In this document: piece after piece, positions 1-15,900 of the stretch
Layout of the letters: every line of letters begins with the position of its first letter
How positions within the stretch are numbered: the first letter of the stretch is position 1
DNA from: Trichosphaerium sp. ATCC 40318
Lineage: Eukaryota > Protista > Tubulinea
NCBI GenBank assembly: GCA_038496445.1
Contig: JALMLS010000573.1
Span: 124,001-188,000, forward strand
Direction of reading: 5' to 3'
Length of the DNA: 64,000 nt
Made by a program: the position numbers and the translations under genes
The notes under the pieces: model-generated
Seen by the model: only the letters and a program-made list of their open reading frames with translations
Database searches by the model: none
What the model was told of the DNA's origin: nothing

Positions 1-920
1 CGTGTCAATACATCCTAACACTTAATTGCAACCGAAGAGTCTAACTTTATTATTGCCGTTGATTGTAGGCAGGCAGTTACAAATAGCTAGGCTCTATACG
101 GAAGCACCATAAATAATACAGTTCCCACTATCCCGTTAAATATTGTCCAAACACGAACTTGCTAAGCAATACAAGCCGGAAATGACAAGAACCAACTTTT
201 GGTGGATTTTAGTACTTTTAGCAGCAAGCTATCTTAAGTCTACAAAGTAACGAGTCATTATTAATATGTGTACAATGTAAACAAATAATACTAGTTTGGC
301 CTACTACAACTTGGAAAAAAGTGGTATCTCACTTGCTAATTTTCTGTGAACTACATTGGTGAATGACGAAAGAAGTGGACTTTTCAACGAATGTACTTTG
401 TACAAAATCATACAAAACCATACCCGGTTAACCACACAAGCAAAAAGCTCACAATGGGAAAATCTAGAAACTCAAGACGTGGCGTAACAGTCTCCCCACG
501 GTATGGGAAAAAAAAAATGCACAATAGAAGGAAAAGAGCAAACACAAGATCCAACGCTGCCAAAGGAGAGTTCCATCCGGCATTAAAGCGATACACTGCA
601 AACTGCAGTAATTGGTTGCGTTCACCAGCGAAAGTATAGGGCGTGTAACTTTGGCTTCATAGACGAACACACTTTCGAACAATCTATAAAAAAAAGTGCT
701 TCATGGATTGTTGTCTTTGTGCCAAATAGCCTTTGCTACCTTTCAGGATTCCGTATTACACTTGAAACAAGGAACGAAGATAATTCATGTTTGTATAGTA
801 TTGTACAATAATAAATAACTATAACCAATAAGATCCATTAATAGGATACTATGACAGTACACCACGTTCAGCTGCTCAAGGTGTCATAGCTATGCTCTGG
901 TACTTTGTCGTCAGTTCCAA

Positions 921-1340
921 TTGTTTTCAATCGTTACATCACCTAACAATATCGAAATATCAACGATATTACAGATAGAGATCTCAAAGCATTGGCAGGT
1001 GTTAAGTCCCTTTATCTTCCGTGAAAAAGTGACGGATGAAGGCATTAAAGCACTCAAAAGGCGTTCAAACAAATTGATCTCTCACTCACCAAGTGACAGA
1101 CGAACGTTTGAAATTGAAAGGATACATACCATTTGGCTCAGTGAGTGCAAACACGTGACTGATAAAGGCCTTAAAGCGCTCAAAGGTGTTCATACAATTT
1201 ACCTTGATGGATGTAGTGTGACAGATGAGGGTATTAAGGCATTAAAAGGAGTTCATAGTATTCAGCTATTCAATACTATAGTAACAAAGAAAGGTGTAAA
1301 AGATATTCTAGAATACACGCCTGACATTCGCTGGACATAA
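921..1340 (+). pseudogene. Frameshifted remnant of the LRR (GVHTIxL-type) family
   Basis: 3' part reads VTDKGLKALKGVHTIYLDGCSVTDEGIKALKGVHSIQL. Upstream LRRs (ITDRDLKALAGVKSLYL) lie in another frame. The 5' end is unclear. Confidence 0.7.
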
Positions 1341-1544
1341 AAGAATAGGTAATAAACCTATGCTGGATAGACCATAATCACAGAAGAGGATCTAACAGTT
1401 GAGGGTATTACAAAGTTGCCAATCCATGCATGTGAACCTTTTATTTTAATGGGAATGGCTCTTTAATTTGGTTGTAAACGAATAAACATTTCACATTTCT
1501 TTTTACGATTGAGTTGTCCATACTAACGATTTCCAATACGAATG

Positions 1545-2083
1545 AGGAATTTCGACTCGTAAAAAGTTGAGCGTAAAAATAATATGGTTCAGAGATTTGG
1601 TCTTTTTTTGGTTTATTTTTACGCTCAAAACTTTTCACTCGTAATCGTAATTTACATGTAAATGTTGTTAGTGAACTACTGAGGCTTAACCTATGTTTTA
1701 TTAAGTTTACAAGGTTGTTAATAATGACAGTGCTGTCACAGTGATTGAAAAAAAAACCAATTGATTCACTTCTATTGATGAGAGCCTACTGAGCACTTTC
1801 TAATGACTTTAAAGTATAACGTTGCAAAAGCAGCGTTAAACAACATTTCAATGTATCCGAAGAGCTTGTATAAGGACCAATAACAAGTGGTGATCTTTTT
1901 TGTATTAATGACTGTATTGTGCAACCAATAAATAAAGTGTTTTTGAATGAGTTACGATTTACGAGTGAAAAGCATTGAGCGTAAAAAAAACGTAAAAAAC
2001 TAAACCCAAAACTGTCGTAAAACTAAGTCCATTCTTTGAAACCAGAAATTTTTACGCTCAGCTTTTTACGAGTCGAAATTCCT
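1545..2083. mobile_element. MITE-like element with ~36-bp terminal inverted repeats and a second internal inverted-repeat pair
   Basis: AGGAATTTCGACTCGTAAAAAGTTGAGCGTAAAAAT at 1545 has its reverse complement (1 mismatch) ending at 2083. A second IR pair lies at ~1615-1650 and ~1951-1986. There is no clean TSD. Confidence 0.7.
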
Positions 2084-2806
2084 TAATATATGGCAAATTC
2101 ATGTTTACTACGAAAAACTTTGTATTTCAAATACCTTTATATTATTCATAGTGTCCTGTCAGATGATAGGAGTTTACTTCAGTGAAGTTGCAACAAACAT
2201 TATTTCTAGTTTCTCTACTTCTCAAGAGTTCTAAACTCTAAATGGCTGTAACATTTGTTTTTGAATCGATTGATGGGTTAAAACCCAACGTCTTTTGCCT
2301 ATCGCTCACAACGCTCCTGAAACGCGTACAAATAGTCGAAATTGGGTCTACTACGCATGCAAAGCCCATACAGAGGCGGAACGTTTAAGTGGAAGTCGAC
2401 ATATTTTTCGAAATAGCGCTGGTCGCTATGCCTCCCAATGTACAATTGCATGGCTGAGAGGGTTCAAATGTTACATACGCATTACTCTAGTGGCCGTACA
2501 GGCTAACTTAATTTCAATAATCGCCCAAGAATGTCCTTGACGAATTCGTTGTAGCTACTTAACACTGACTTTTTGTGTTCTCTGAAATATAGCGGGTCTC
2601 GTGATGGTATTGTAAGGAAACGGTCTTGACTGGTGGTAGGTTTAAGTGTCTACTATACTTCCCATATACGACACGTTCCATTACCCGTTCTTCTCAAAAC
2701 AAACTATTTTTTAAGTGAATCATTAGCAAACTTTTAAGACACTTCTTGAATAATCATAACTTAACAACAGATTTTTTTGAATCACTTCTACCTAAGCTCA
2801 AAGCAC

Positions 2807-3960
2807 ATGGCAATTGATAAATCAGTGGCTGCTGATATAAATAAATATATTCTAGCTGTTATTAACAGTAATGGGGCTGCATTCTTCGCTGGTACACTTG
2901 TAGTGTACGGAATGCTTTTTGGTCCTTTTCTTACAGTTGGATCTGTTTGCTTGTTTGTTTTGGTTCTTCTTTTCCCATTTGCATGGCTTCTTGGCGTTAT
3001 TGAACATAGACTAAAGTTTTGTTTCTTATTAATCGTATTATTCGTACAATCATGTGGGGTACGACTTGATTTATTTTGAGTAAAACAAACGAAAGAAATG
3101 AAGAATTTTTCCTTTTCAAAAAAATAAGCCAACAAATGGGATATTAATTTCTACCTTTAGCTTGCTGATATTATTGCTGATATTGGTCTATTGGTTAAAG
3201 CGCTATTGATGCAGCTTGGTGTAACTAAAGAGGTTGATGTTGGAGAAGGTGAAGAGGCGGATTTCAACTTTTTGAGGATAATGTTAGCTCTTGCGAGTTT
3301 TGTACCTATTATAATGATACTACTGTTTATGTCCCAAGCTAAAACAAAAAAAGATGAAAAAAGAAGCAGCCGGTCAATTTATGTACGCTCAAGACCAGAA
3401 ATTCTTTCAAAAATATCAAAGTTGTAACTTTTTGGTTTTCGTTTAAAAACTCAAATCACGTGCGTCTTTCTTTGTATTAATTTTTTCGTTTTTAGTTACA
3501 AGGAGGTGCTGCGTTTCTTTTAGCAGTAATAGTATGGAAAGTTGTAGTTTTCTGTACTAGATTATCACTTGTTGTTGCTACAATCGCAAAGTTGCTTCCC
3601 AATAGAATTCTTTCAAAAAGTAAGAAAATCCAAGGAATAGTTAAATTCGCTGGATGGATTGAGTTTTTACTGTTACTCGATTTAATATGGTCTGGTATAC
3701 CCCTAGGTGTATTGGTAACGTACGAAATGTTTGGTGTTCAGCACTTGGGTTGGGGAGGGATGTGGGAAGGCGAACATACTTTCGAAACAATCAAATTCTT
3801 AGCACTTATTGTTGACAGTATTGGCGCTTCGTATTTCTTCATCTATGGAATTCACCATGCTCCTCACGAGCATGAACATAAACACAACACACACAACCAA
3901 AACAGTAATGCTATTCAAAACGAAGGGGAGAAAAAGGCACTCATCAGTAGCCATGTCTAA
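2807..3960 (+). CDS. Multi-pass membrane protein of unknown function (3 exons)
   Basis: Three hydrophobic ORF segments can be joined by GT-AG introns (~3059-3160, ~3383-3495). His-rich C-terminal tail. Confidence 0.6.
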
Positions 3961-4371
3961 TTATAAAAATAAAACATATTTATATGCGATTGTTAAATTG
4001 GATGACAGCTTCACACCTAGCCTCAGAATTTGTCTCAGCATCTGAGAATACGACAAACAAACACTTCAAGTAGTACCACAAAACCTGCGGAGCAGTAGGG
4101 TTTCAAAAGTGATATCGCACAGGCTTTGAGAAGAAAGAATATTTAAACGAAAACACCACCAAAAAAACATTGCTATTCTTGAATTTTTTTTTATGCATAC
4201 ACCCGGTTTCCAGGTTTCGCTATTGTACATGAATAAAAGTTTCCACTTTGGGTTCTCTCACCAACAGGTAAGTACCCAAGCCGTGACTTTTTTTCTCTTT
4301 TTTTTTATCATCGTTTTTTTTTTGTGTTTTCTTCTTCTCACACACGTGGAAAAACTTATGCCCTTCTTTTT

Positions 4372-7138
<2,767 letters not shown>

Positions 7139-7657
7139 AATAAATGGATGAGGTTGACTAGAAGAAGGAAAATGCTAGAACGTTTTAAGTTAGTAATTTA
7201 GTCACTGTTTTCGGTATAACACCGTTACTAAATGTATAAAACACTCCGAATGGTGATAGTGTACTATTATTTCCAAAAGACGGTTTTAGCGAGAAATGTG
7301 ATGCTAAAATAGCCGCTTATACAAATACAGTGCATTTTTACACATTGGCAATATGTTTCAGCTTGTATTATAACTCTGACACTTTTTGTTGACATACTGC
7401 TTCAAATAGACGACAATTCATACTTATGTTCGTTTTCAACATTGGCGGAAGTCAAAAATGCATTTTTAAAGCCAAATGAAACGTGTAATGCCGAAGTTCA
7501 GATCCAAACCTAATTCTTTGGTTTTTCAATTCCGTTCAGCGCAAGTAATAAGCTATGAGCAAACAAACAAAATAGTATTCCGCGGACGTCCTGTTTTTGA
7601 GACAAGACACTTTATTTGAAATTCATCGATTCTGTGAAATCTACGTCCACTACAGCG

Positions 7658-8567
7658 TTACTGCCTGCGTTTACTATTAACTTGAACCCCATTTAAGCAA
7701 TCGTGAAAAGAATCCTTGTACAAGAGGTTGTGTTTCTCCGCTCTTAGTATTTTCTTGCTTTTTTCTGGCCGTTGCAACTTTGTTGTATTTCAGCACAGCA
7801 GCGTTCATTGCTTTGCGCACGCCCGTGTCCTAATGGATTATTAGGATGTTATTATTATCATATTATATTTATTACTTCTTTTGCGCTTGTTTCAACGTAA
7901 TGTATGCCAAGAGACTTAGCTACTTGCGTAGCTTCTTCATACGAAACTTTTCTTTTATCTTTTATGTCCGCTTTCGTGCCAATCATAACAATGGTGTGCT
8001 TCTGTTTAATCATTAGTTTACCTGATGTCGTGTCCTTCAAGGGCAAGAATTATTACTTGTTTACCTCAGTTGTGTATTTACAGGCTTGATCGTAGTACGT
8101 AATAACACTTTCAAAGCTCCTCATGTTTTCGATTGAAAAAAAAATAAGAATTATTTGAGCTCCTTGTAAGCACGCTTTGATTATTGTAGGCATTGATTCT
8201 CTGCCTCCACCCTTTTCCCACACCTTATAAATAGTAAGTAAGAAGTGAGAGCGGTAAGTTGAAGGCAGGTAACGTACTTGAAGAGAAATGCTGAACTCAT
8301 TGCTCGTAACTCGTTTATGGTACTAAACAGATGTTTGCGAATACACACAGGATATTTTAGTACGAATTCTACGCCAATTGTACGGTCGTGATTTGTAGAG
8401 AAGCTGTTATTAACATAGCGTGATATAAATGATGATTTACCAACGCCTTAGAGCATTTTTAGCCTCTTTAATCAAAACAGCAACTAACCAGAGTCTCCTA
8501 TTATTAATACTTTATAAACATCAACATCTCTGCGTGGTTGAGGTGTATTAGCTCCTTGCTTTGGCAT
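7658..8567 (-). CDS. Divergent Rab-like small GTPase
   Basis: KVLIIGDSGVGKSS (G1), TIGVEF (G2), WEKGGGRE replacing WDTAGQE (G3), GTKAD (G4), ETSAK (G5). About 4-5 short introns. Confidence 0.85.
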
Positions 8568-8969
8568 TAAACGGTTATTTGAAAAAAAGCCACTTCCTTA
8601 GGTATTGTGAACTCTAGACGTAGCTTCACTCGCTCCTATGTAATAACAATGCACCTGCAAACGCGAATTCACTAAGCCCTTACGAAACTTGAGAACACTA
8701 ACAAAACATAAAGAAAAAGAATGAGTTTTCTTCGATTTCAGTGATTTAGGCTTAAACCAAATTATTTTTTGAGAGTGACCTAAGAACTCGGACTTGTACG
8801 TTCCGTGGTTGCACGCGTCATACAAAATGTGAACTTTTAGCTCTTGGAGCACTAAGAAAATCCTTAAAAATTACGCAAATTAAATTACGTTCCCACTGCG
8901 CCTTAACTCAATTATAATCAAATCACACAACAGTAAACGCAACACAACAACTACTACTTATACTACTCA

Positions 8970-10351
8970 ATGCTTAAATTAACTCTTAGTACAAGGGTGA
9001 GTTGCAACAAACGACTTCATATTTCATCTCGCTAATTGTTTCTGTAGATCGCTGCTCAACCTATTCGCGTCGCTAAACCAACGCGTTTTAAACAAAAGAG
9101 ATCATTTAGCGTTTTATCGCAAAACAAAATGACGAAAACGTCGTTTGGCTCCAAACTCGCTTCAACCACCATGTACCAACGATGGTATAATATAGATGAA
9201 CGCGTTAGTTATGCATACGAACATAACCACAAACCAAGCAGCTTCGTAAAAGACGTAAGAGCGCTACACTACTTTTAGTCATAACAAAAAAAAATCAATG
9301 TCATTTTCGACCTTCTTGTGCTGAACCGTATCTGTAGGTGAAGAGAGGGCCGCCGTACACTGATGTAGAGAAACTAGAAGGTGAATTTAATGCTCTGGTG
9401 TCACATCACGCGGAACCTCGAACCACTGGAGACAAGGTACGCGGAGTAACTGTTCATCTTCAGAAAAAAATATTACGCAAATAGATTAGCTGTAAAATGA
9501 CCAATATAACGCTCACATTAATGCCAGGTTGCTCTTCAACTCGTTACAATGGTTAAACCGTTCAACCACATGTTTTTTAGAGATAAATACACTCATCACG
9601 CTGTCGTACTAGAAACAGTCGCAGCTGTACCCGGAATGGTATGTGACCGCGAAAAACACCGTTTATAACTAATTAGTTTGCTTTTGTTTTAAATGTGACA
9701 TTTGCGTGATTTTTTGCTGTTAGGTTGCTGGTATGATGCGCCATTTTAAGAGTTTGAGAAACATGCAACGTGATCACGGTTGGATCCACCAACTTATTGA
9801 AGAAGCAGAGAATGAACGTATGCACCTTCTAACGTGGATGCAGGTACAGGATCTTTTTTCTTTCGCGTCAGCACAAGAAACTAATTTCTTTAGTTATGTC
9901 AACCAACTTTTATTGAACGCATGCTTGTCGTCGCAGCGCAGTGTGTATACACTCCATTTTACGCGGTATTATATACATTAACTCCAGCCGTCGCACACAA
10001 GTACGTTAGAAGCAATAAAAGGGTGACATTAATAGTAATTTAGGTTTGTCGGTTACTTGGAGGAAGAAGCTTGTCTTCAGTATACTCTCATGCTAAAAGC
10101 TATTGATGACGGTGTAATCGAAAATGTACCTGCTCCTGATATAGCCAAAGAATACTGGAACTCGAAACCGGAAGCGCGTCTTCGTGACGTCGTATTGGTA
10201 CGTTATTTATGAAGATTGTTTTTTTTCTTCTTTTTTTTTGTCAGTCTCATTGTCTTACTCTTTTTTCCTGTAGGTAATTAGAGCTGATGAAGCTATGCAT
10301 AGAGATGTCAATCATAAATTCTCGGATAGAGCGAAACATGGCATGTTTTAG
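8970..10351 (+). CDS. AOX: Mitochondrial alternative oxidase
   Basis: [31 protein letters not shown] and [13 protein letters not shown] di-iron motifs. Basic, Ser/Thr-rich N-terminal presequence. Confidence 0.96.
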
Positions 10352-11333
10352 AAACTCTTCATGAATTTGTAGTTCGTCTTGTGACGTCTTTTTCTTTGGA
10401 CTTTATGGAAAAAACAGCCTAATAAAAGGCAATTGTAAATAAACCTTAATCACTGCAAGTATCAATAACCGTCTTGTACGATCTATGCATTGAAAAACCT
10501 GGAGATTTTTGTCTCTTTAAGAAATCACGTGATTGTTTATTCCTGTAGTTGCTCAATAAATTTACCCTAAACTGATCTCATGCATAGCGGCAATGTAGTT
10601 AGAGATTCAAAAGACTCTGTATTTGGCGCTGTACTGATATTCTAAAAAGGTTGGCATACATTGTGCGGGCATGCAAAGGACTACAGCAGCCGCTGTAAGC
10701 TACCTAAGAAAAACTTGTAATTTGAAGATGCCATTTGGGCAATATCGTAGTGATGCTAGCTTGAGCCGTATTCACGCTAATGACTTGTAAAAATCGATGT
10801 CTTTAGTATCAACTGAAACAAAGTAGACTAGTAAAACACTGTAAAATAAACGAAAGAAGAACTACATGTGCACTCGATTTTAACCAAAAAATCGGCTGTA
10901 AGCAGATTTTACATTGTATTCAGTGACCTTTCTTCATCAAGAAACAGTCTGGAGATTTAAAGCAACAAGTAAAGAGGTAGCACAATTGTAATAGTACATC
11001 ATATGTACAAGTTTGATTTCGTTGTATCGGTGTTGTGATTACAGATGGGACTCACCATTATGCTTGTTAAACTCTGCTAACCTACGAGCTATTTCATGTT
11101 GATTATGTGTAATTTTTTATACTGTTTAGGTGACAAGACATTTTGTTAAGCATACAACAGTTTAAGTAGATATTCTCTTCTCACATTCAATCCACTGTCT
11201 TATTCTTGACTCTTTGCACCTCTAATTGCATCTTTTTATTTAACAATGTATGTATTGTTAATTATTTATTGCCGTCGAATATGCGCTATTCTTAGATTAT
11301 TCTTAAAGCTTGAGTGTACAACAAGTTGTAGCC

Positions 11334-11528
11334 GTGGATTTAGTTTTTCCAGAACTGACAAGATCCGTCAGATCTTGTAGTTTTTAATAGATCTTGCAAG
11401 AACTAACAAGATCTTGTAAGAACTAACAGAAGTTGCAAGATCTGTCAGATCTGACTAAACACGAAAACCAAAAGTCACAAACAGCAAAAAGTTGCAAAGA
11501 TTAGCAAACTTGAATGATACGGACAATA
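11334..11528. mobile_element. Right-end fragment of the TA-flanked MITE family (full copy 28195-29041)
   Basis: Near-identical to ~28848-29043; ends GCAAACTTGAATGATACGGACAA-TA. Confidence 0.8.
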
Positions 11529-12914
11529 AGTAGCATTATGAACTACTCATTTAGATACAATAATTCCTATCTGCACGAAACGAGAAGCAAGCCTCTTTTG
11601 ACGAATACGCTAGGTGACACTCTGCGGTAGCGTTCAATTTTTTAATTTTACGCTTTTTTTTTGTTCTGGCACGGACTTTGACGTCATTTGATTATTATCA
11701 CGGATTCGTTGCAAATAAGGTGGTAAAAACGCTAAAAAGGAAAATGAGACTTTTTGGCCCATAGAAGACCAAGTTTGAGACAGTTTCGATTTCCAACCAA
11801 GTACAGACAAAACCCAAAATAGATAAGGAAATCATATCTCCCGAAATTTCGCCAACTTCCATATTTTCCGGGTTCACGAAGCACCATCGAACACGTAAAT
11901 CTAATCACTCTAACGTTATACTTTGTTCTTAACAAACGTCAGTCAGGCAAAGGCAAATAATGAATGAGCTTTAGTCATGAATACCTGTGAACACGCCTAT
12001 TAATTCACAACAGCTTTTAGTCTCCACGTGGTGTGTATCATATCAATAGTGTACAGACTTTAGCAGCTAACAAAGCCATATTGATTTTACAGCACCTGTG
12101 AATAGTATATTCCATATTGGACGCTATTGGAGTTTGTTGGAGGAGAGTCATGAAATACTAATAGTACAGCAGACGGGGAAAAACACTTTTTGTCCCTTTA
12201 AGTCACTTTCAATGTGGCGTCATTCACTATAGTAGTGTCTGTTGTTACAGTCAAAGACCTTGACCTCAAAGTATAAATTAGATTTGTTCTCACCCAATCC
12301 ACTGCGCGAACGCCATCTTCAAAGGTGTTAAGGCACAATATCGATAAAAATCTTCTCCTATTTCTACAACTAGCTATGATATTATCTCTATTGCCATCTA
12401 AAACACCCCAAGAGCTAAAGTTGGAGTTCATCTCTGGAACAAAACCTCACAAGAGTCTCAGTACTTACCACCGACTGCAGTGTTAAACACAGAGTAGTGT
12501 ATTGTGGAAAAAAATTGGGCTTAAATTTATGCAGTAAGTCATAAATTACAAATTCTTATTGGTCTGGTGGCACCAATAAAATTTCAACAATACATATAAT
12601 AGCATCTTGTTATTTTATCTACAACATACACCTCTTACCTTCCAAAGTTGAACAAATTACAATTGAACATTGCACTTATAAGTATCCTTTATCTTCAGTG
12701 CAAGGTGTATGGTATCGCGATTATGGTGCCATGGATGTTTCTATAAAGAGATTAAAAATGCAGGATACTTAAGAAAACTACAACAAGCTCACATGAAACT
12801 CAACAACTTTATAAGAATTTGTTTGCCAAAACAAGTTATTGACCATTTATGAGGAAAACTAAACTGTGGTTGTTTATTGATAAATGTTGCTTGTTTACAA
12901 CAGACACATTAGAA

Positions 12915-15900
12915 TTACTTTGCTGTACTTTCAAGGAGAGCTATTTTTGCCATAAGAATGGCATTCCTCTCCTTTAGGCTAGTGTTGTCTCGCATTAGAT
13001 CTTGGACACTTTTGGAAATGTTGTTGACGCTTTCCTTGAGATTGATTATGGTTTTCTGTGAATTCCGCTGAAGTTCAGCCAGGCTCTTCTTTAATTTCTC
13101 TACCTCGTTTGATTCTTGTAATTTTAGTTCGAGATTGACATAATTGTAACTTGACTGTTCATCAGCAGTTGAATCATCATGGGCAGCCCACAGTTTTCTA
13201 TTACAAAACTTAAGTTTAAAAGAACAGAGATATAAACTTATACCGGTTAGAAATAAAAGTGTCGTCAGAATCAGATAGTTCATCATCAGATAGCTCGCCA
13301 GCTGAACCATCAGTATCTACTTCTGAAGTTTGATCTTCAGTTTGTTCATCATCGGATAGCTTGCCAGCTGAACCATCAGTATCTACCTTTGAAGCTTGAT
13401 CTTCAGTTTGTTCATTATCGCCTTTCTCTTTCTTTGTCTTTTTATCAACTTTCTTGGCTTTTGAAGTTTGACGTTCTTTACGTTCAACTTTGATGATGTA
13501 CCGAGCAACAGCTTGAGTATCTAAAATAGTGTTTGAGAATTTAATCACATTTTTCAATTGTATTGCTGAGTGTACCTTGTGCCACTACCAGCTCATCGTA
13601 TACTGCATCTTTAAGTTTATTTGGTGGCAGAAGTTTACCAGTGCGGTCTACCAATGCATAGTGACTTTGATAGCCTGGTTTTATTGGCTTTCCATGTAAG
13701 CTTTCAGTGCGGTATCTGGCACCATCTTTGTTTGCTATAGGTATGAGAGGATCATGCTTTTTGTCAAGTAAGTAAAGAATATCCACATCGATATTATTGT
13801 TTGCTTACCGGATAAACGTTCCCAGGAGTAACAAGACTTAAAACCAGTGTTTTTGCAGTTCTTCCTGATAAATCATATGAAGTAGCATACTTTATGCTTC
13901 TCTATTGGCGAAAATGAATACTGACCACCTGCAAAAATTGGGTAATAACGTACAGTGAAGTATATCCCTTGACCATAGTATCCAGCATCTAAAGAACTCA
14001 CAGTTCCAAAACCAGCCTTTACAATACTGTAAGCTGCTTCTTCGCTTGTTCCATGGACCATCAATATCACTGGTAACTAAATAAAATGTTTGTAGTGCAA
14101 GAGTACCAAGAACATTACCTTATCTTTTTTTTCAGTATAACAATCATTAAAAGCAGTGAGGGAGTTGTACTTTTGGTACACAGTCTCTTTGTATTCATCG
14201 TAGGTACTTTCTTTCCAATTTTGTTTTTTAAACAACTTGGGCAGTTCTCTAGTAGGTGCATGTTTAGAATCATGAAAATGCCTATGAAGTGTGGAGCAAC
14301 CGTACTGATGTCTGTGTGTCAGTATTTCGTTGAATCGACCAAAGTTTTCTGTCAAGATCTCATTATAAACGAGAGTCGCTTCAATGATATCGTAATTGTC
14401 ACAGCCATGTAGTTTTGACATCTCCTGTTTGAGGATGTTGAACTCCCTGACAGCCACTTTGTCATTTGTATCGAGGAGATTCAGTATTTTGTAGTGTGTC
14501 GCCTTTGCAACAATGCCTCTTTTTATAATATAAGAATTAATAAAAAGAAATTGAACGCACGTGTTAGAGCTATCCCAATTATTTGCAAAATACAATCGCG
14601 GATTTAGACTCCATGCGTTTTTACCTTTTAATCCTTTTGAAAACTGTTTTTAGTATTATATCACCACACACTTCTTACCTTCAATACACTCTTCTTTTAA
14701 GGAATCGTCTTGCCTGTTATTACCCCAAGCATCATTGGGCATATCATGCAGAATACCTTGCATTGATTGCCCATCTTGTTTCCAGAATTCCTGTAGAATG
14801 TTGTTTGTAGTGTAGACGTTAACAGTGAAGATATCGTACTGGAGACAATACAACTTTGGGATCGCATGTAGAACAAATTAAATAACAAATACCTTTTTCC
14901 ATTGCCAGTTTGAAATAATACCGTGTTGGCTAAACGTTGTATGGTTTGTTTAAGGTATTGGTATTCAATAAAGTGTACCAAGTGATGAAGCCATTCGTCA
15001 AACTCTTTTCTCCCCTTTACGTTGACATTTTGCGAATAGTGCTTTTTACAGTATCTCCACAGTGGACGGCATTGTTTACCACTCGGACAGTATTTTAAGA
15101 AAGTTATGAATTTTTCAACAGCTGAGGGTGTATTTGATATCACTTCTCTAATTAAAATGAACATAAAGTCTTGCCACTTTCTTTGGCACGGAGTTACTAC
15201 TTACAGTGTTAGCTATTATTTCACCAAATTTTTTGTAATGTGCCCAATACCTGAATCCTTGTTGGTTTCACTTTCATCAATAGTATCAATATTATTTGCG
15301 TTAGGTTTGATTAAATTCAACATTAGCATTGATATATAGTCAAAATCTCAAATGATTGTAAATAAACATAGTTTTTATCTCATTTGTGATATTACCTGTA
15401 GTGTAAATCAAAGCTGTCTTTCCATCTTTATCAACAACTTCAATATTAGCATTGGCGTTGAGTAATGTTGATATAACTCCATTGTGTCCTTTCCATGCTA
15501 AATAGTAGAGTGAGATATGTACATGTTGTATCTCATCATATCATGTTACCTGCATGTATTAAAGCTGTTTTTCCATCTTTATCAACAGAATCAATATTAG
15601 CGTTGGCTTTGAGTAAGATTGATACAACTTCATTGTGTCCTTTTTGTGCTAAATAGTAGAATGAGATATGTACATGTTGTATCTCATCATATCATGTTAC
15701 CTGCATGCAATAAAGCTGTCATTCCATATTTATCAACAATATCAACATTGGCATTAGCTTTGAGTAAGAGCAATACAACTTCATTATCTCCATTCCGTGC
15801 TAAATAGTAGAATGAGATATGTACATGTTGTATCTCATCATATCATGTTACCTGCATGCAATAAAGCTGTCATTCCATATTTATCAACAACATCAAAATT

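Noticed and set aside
391-639. Small basic protein (MGKSRNSRRG...)
   Set aside because: Short, with no recognisable family and overlapping antisense ORFs of similar size. It may be real but is unsupported.
12180-12440. Degenerate pogo/Tc1 transposase remnant (IRFV..ST / AIFKGVKAQYR on +)
   Set aside because: The resemblance is faint, spans stops and frameshifts, and lacks the QPLD motif. It cannot be supported without a profile search.
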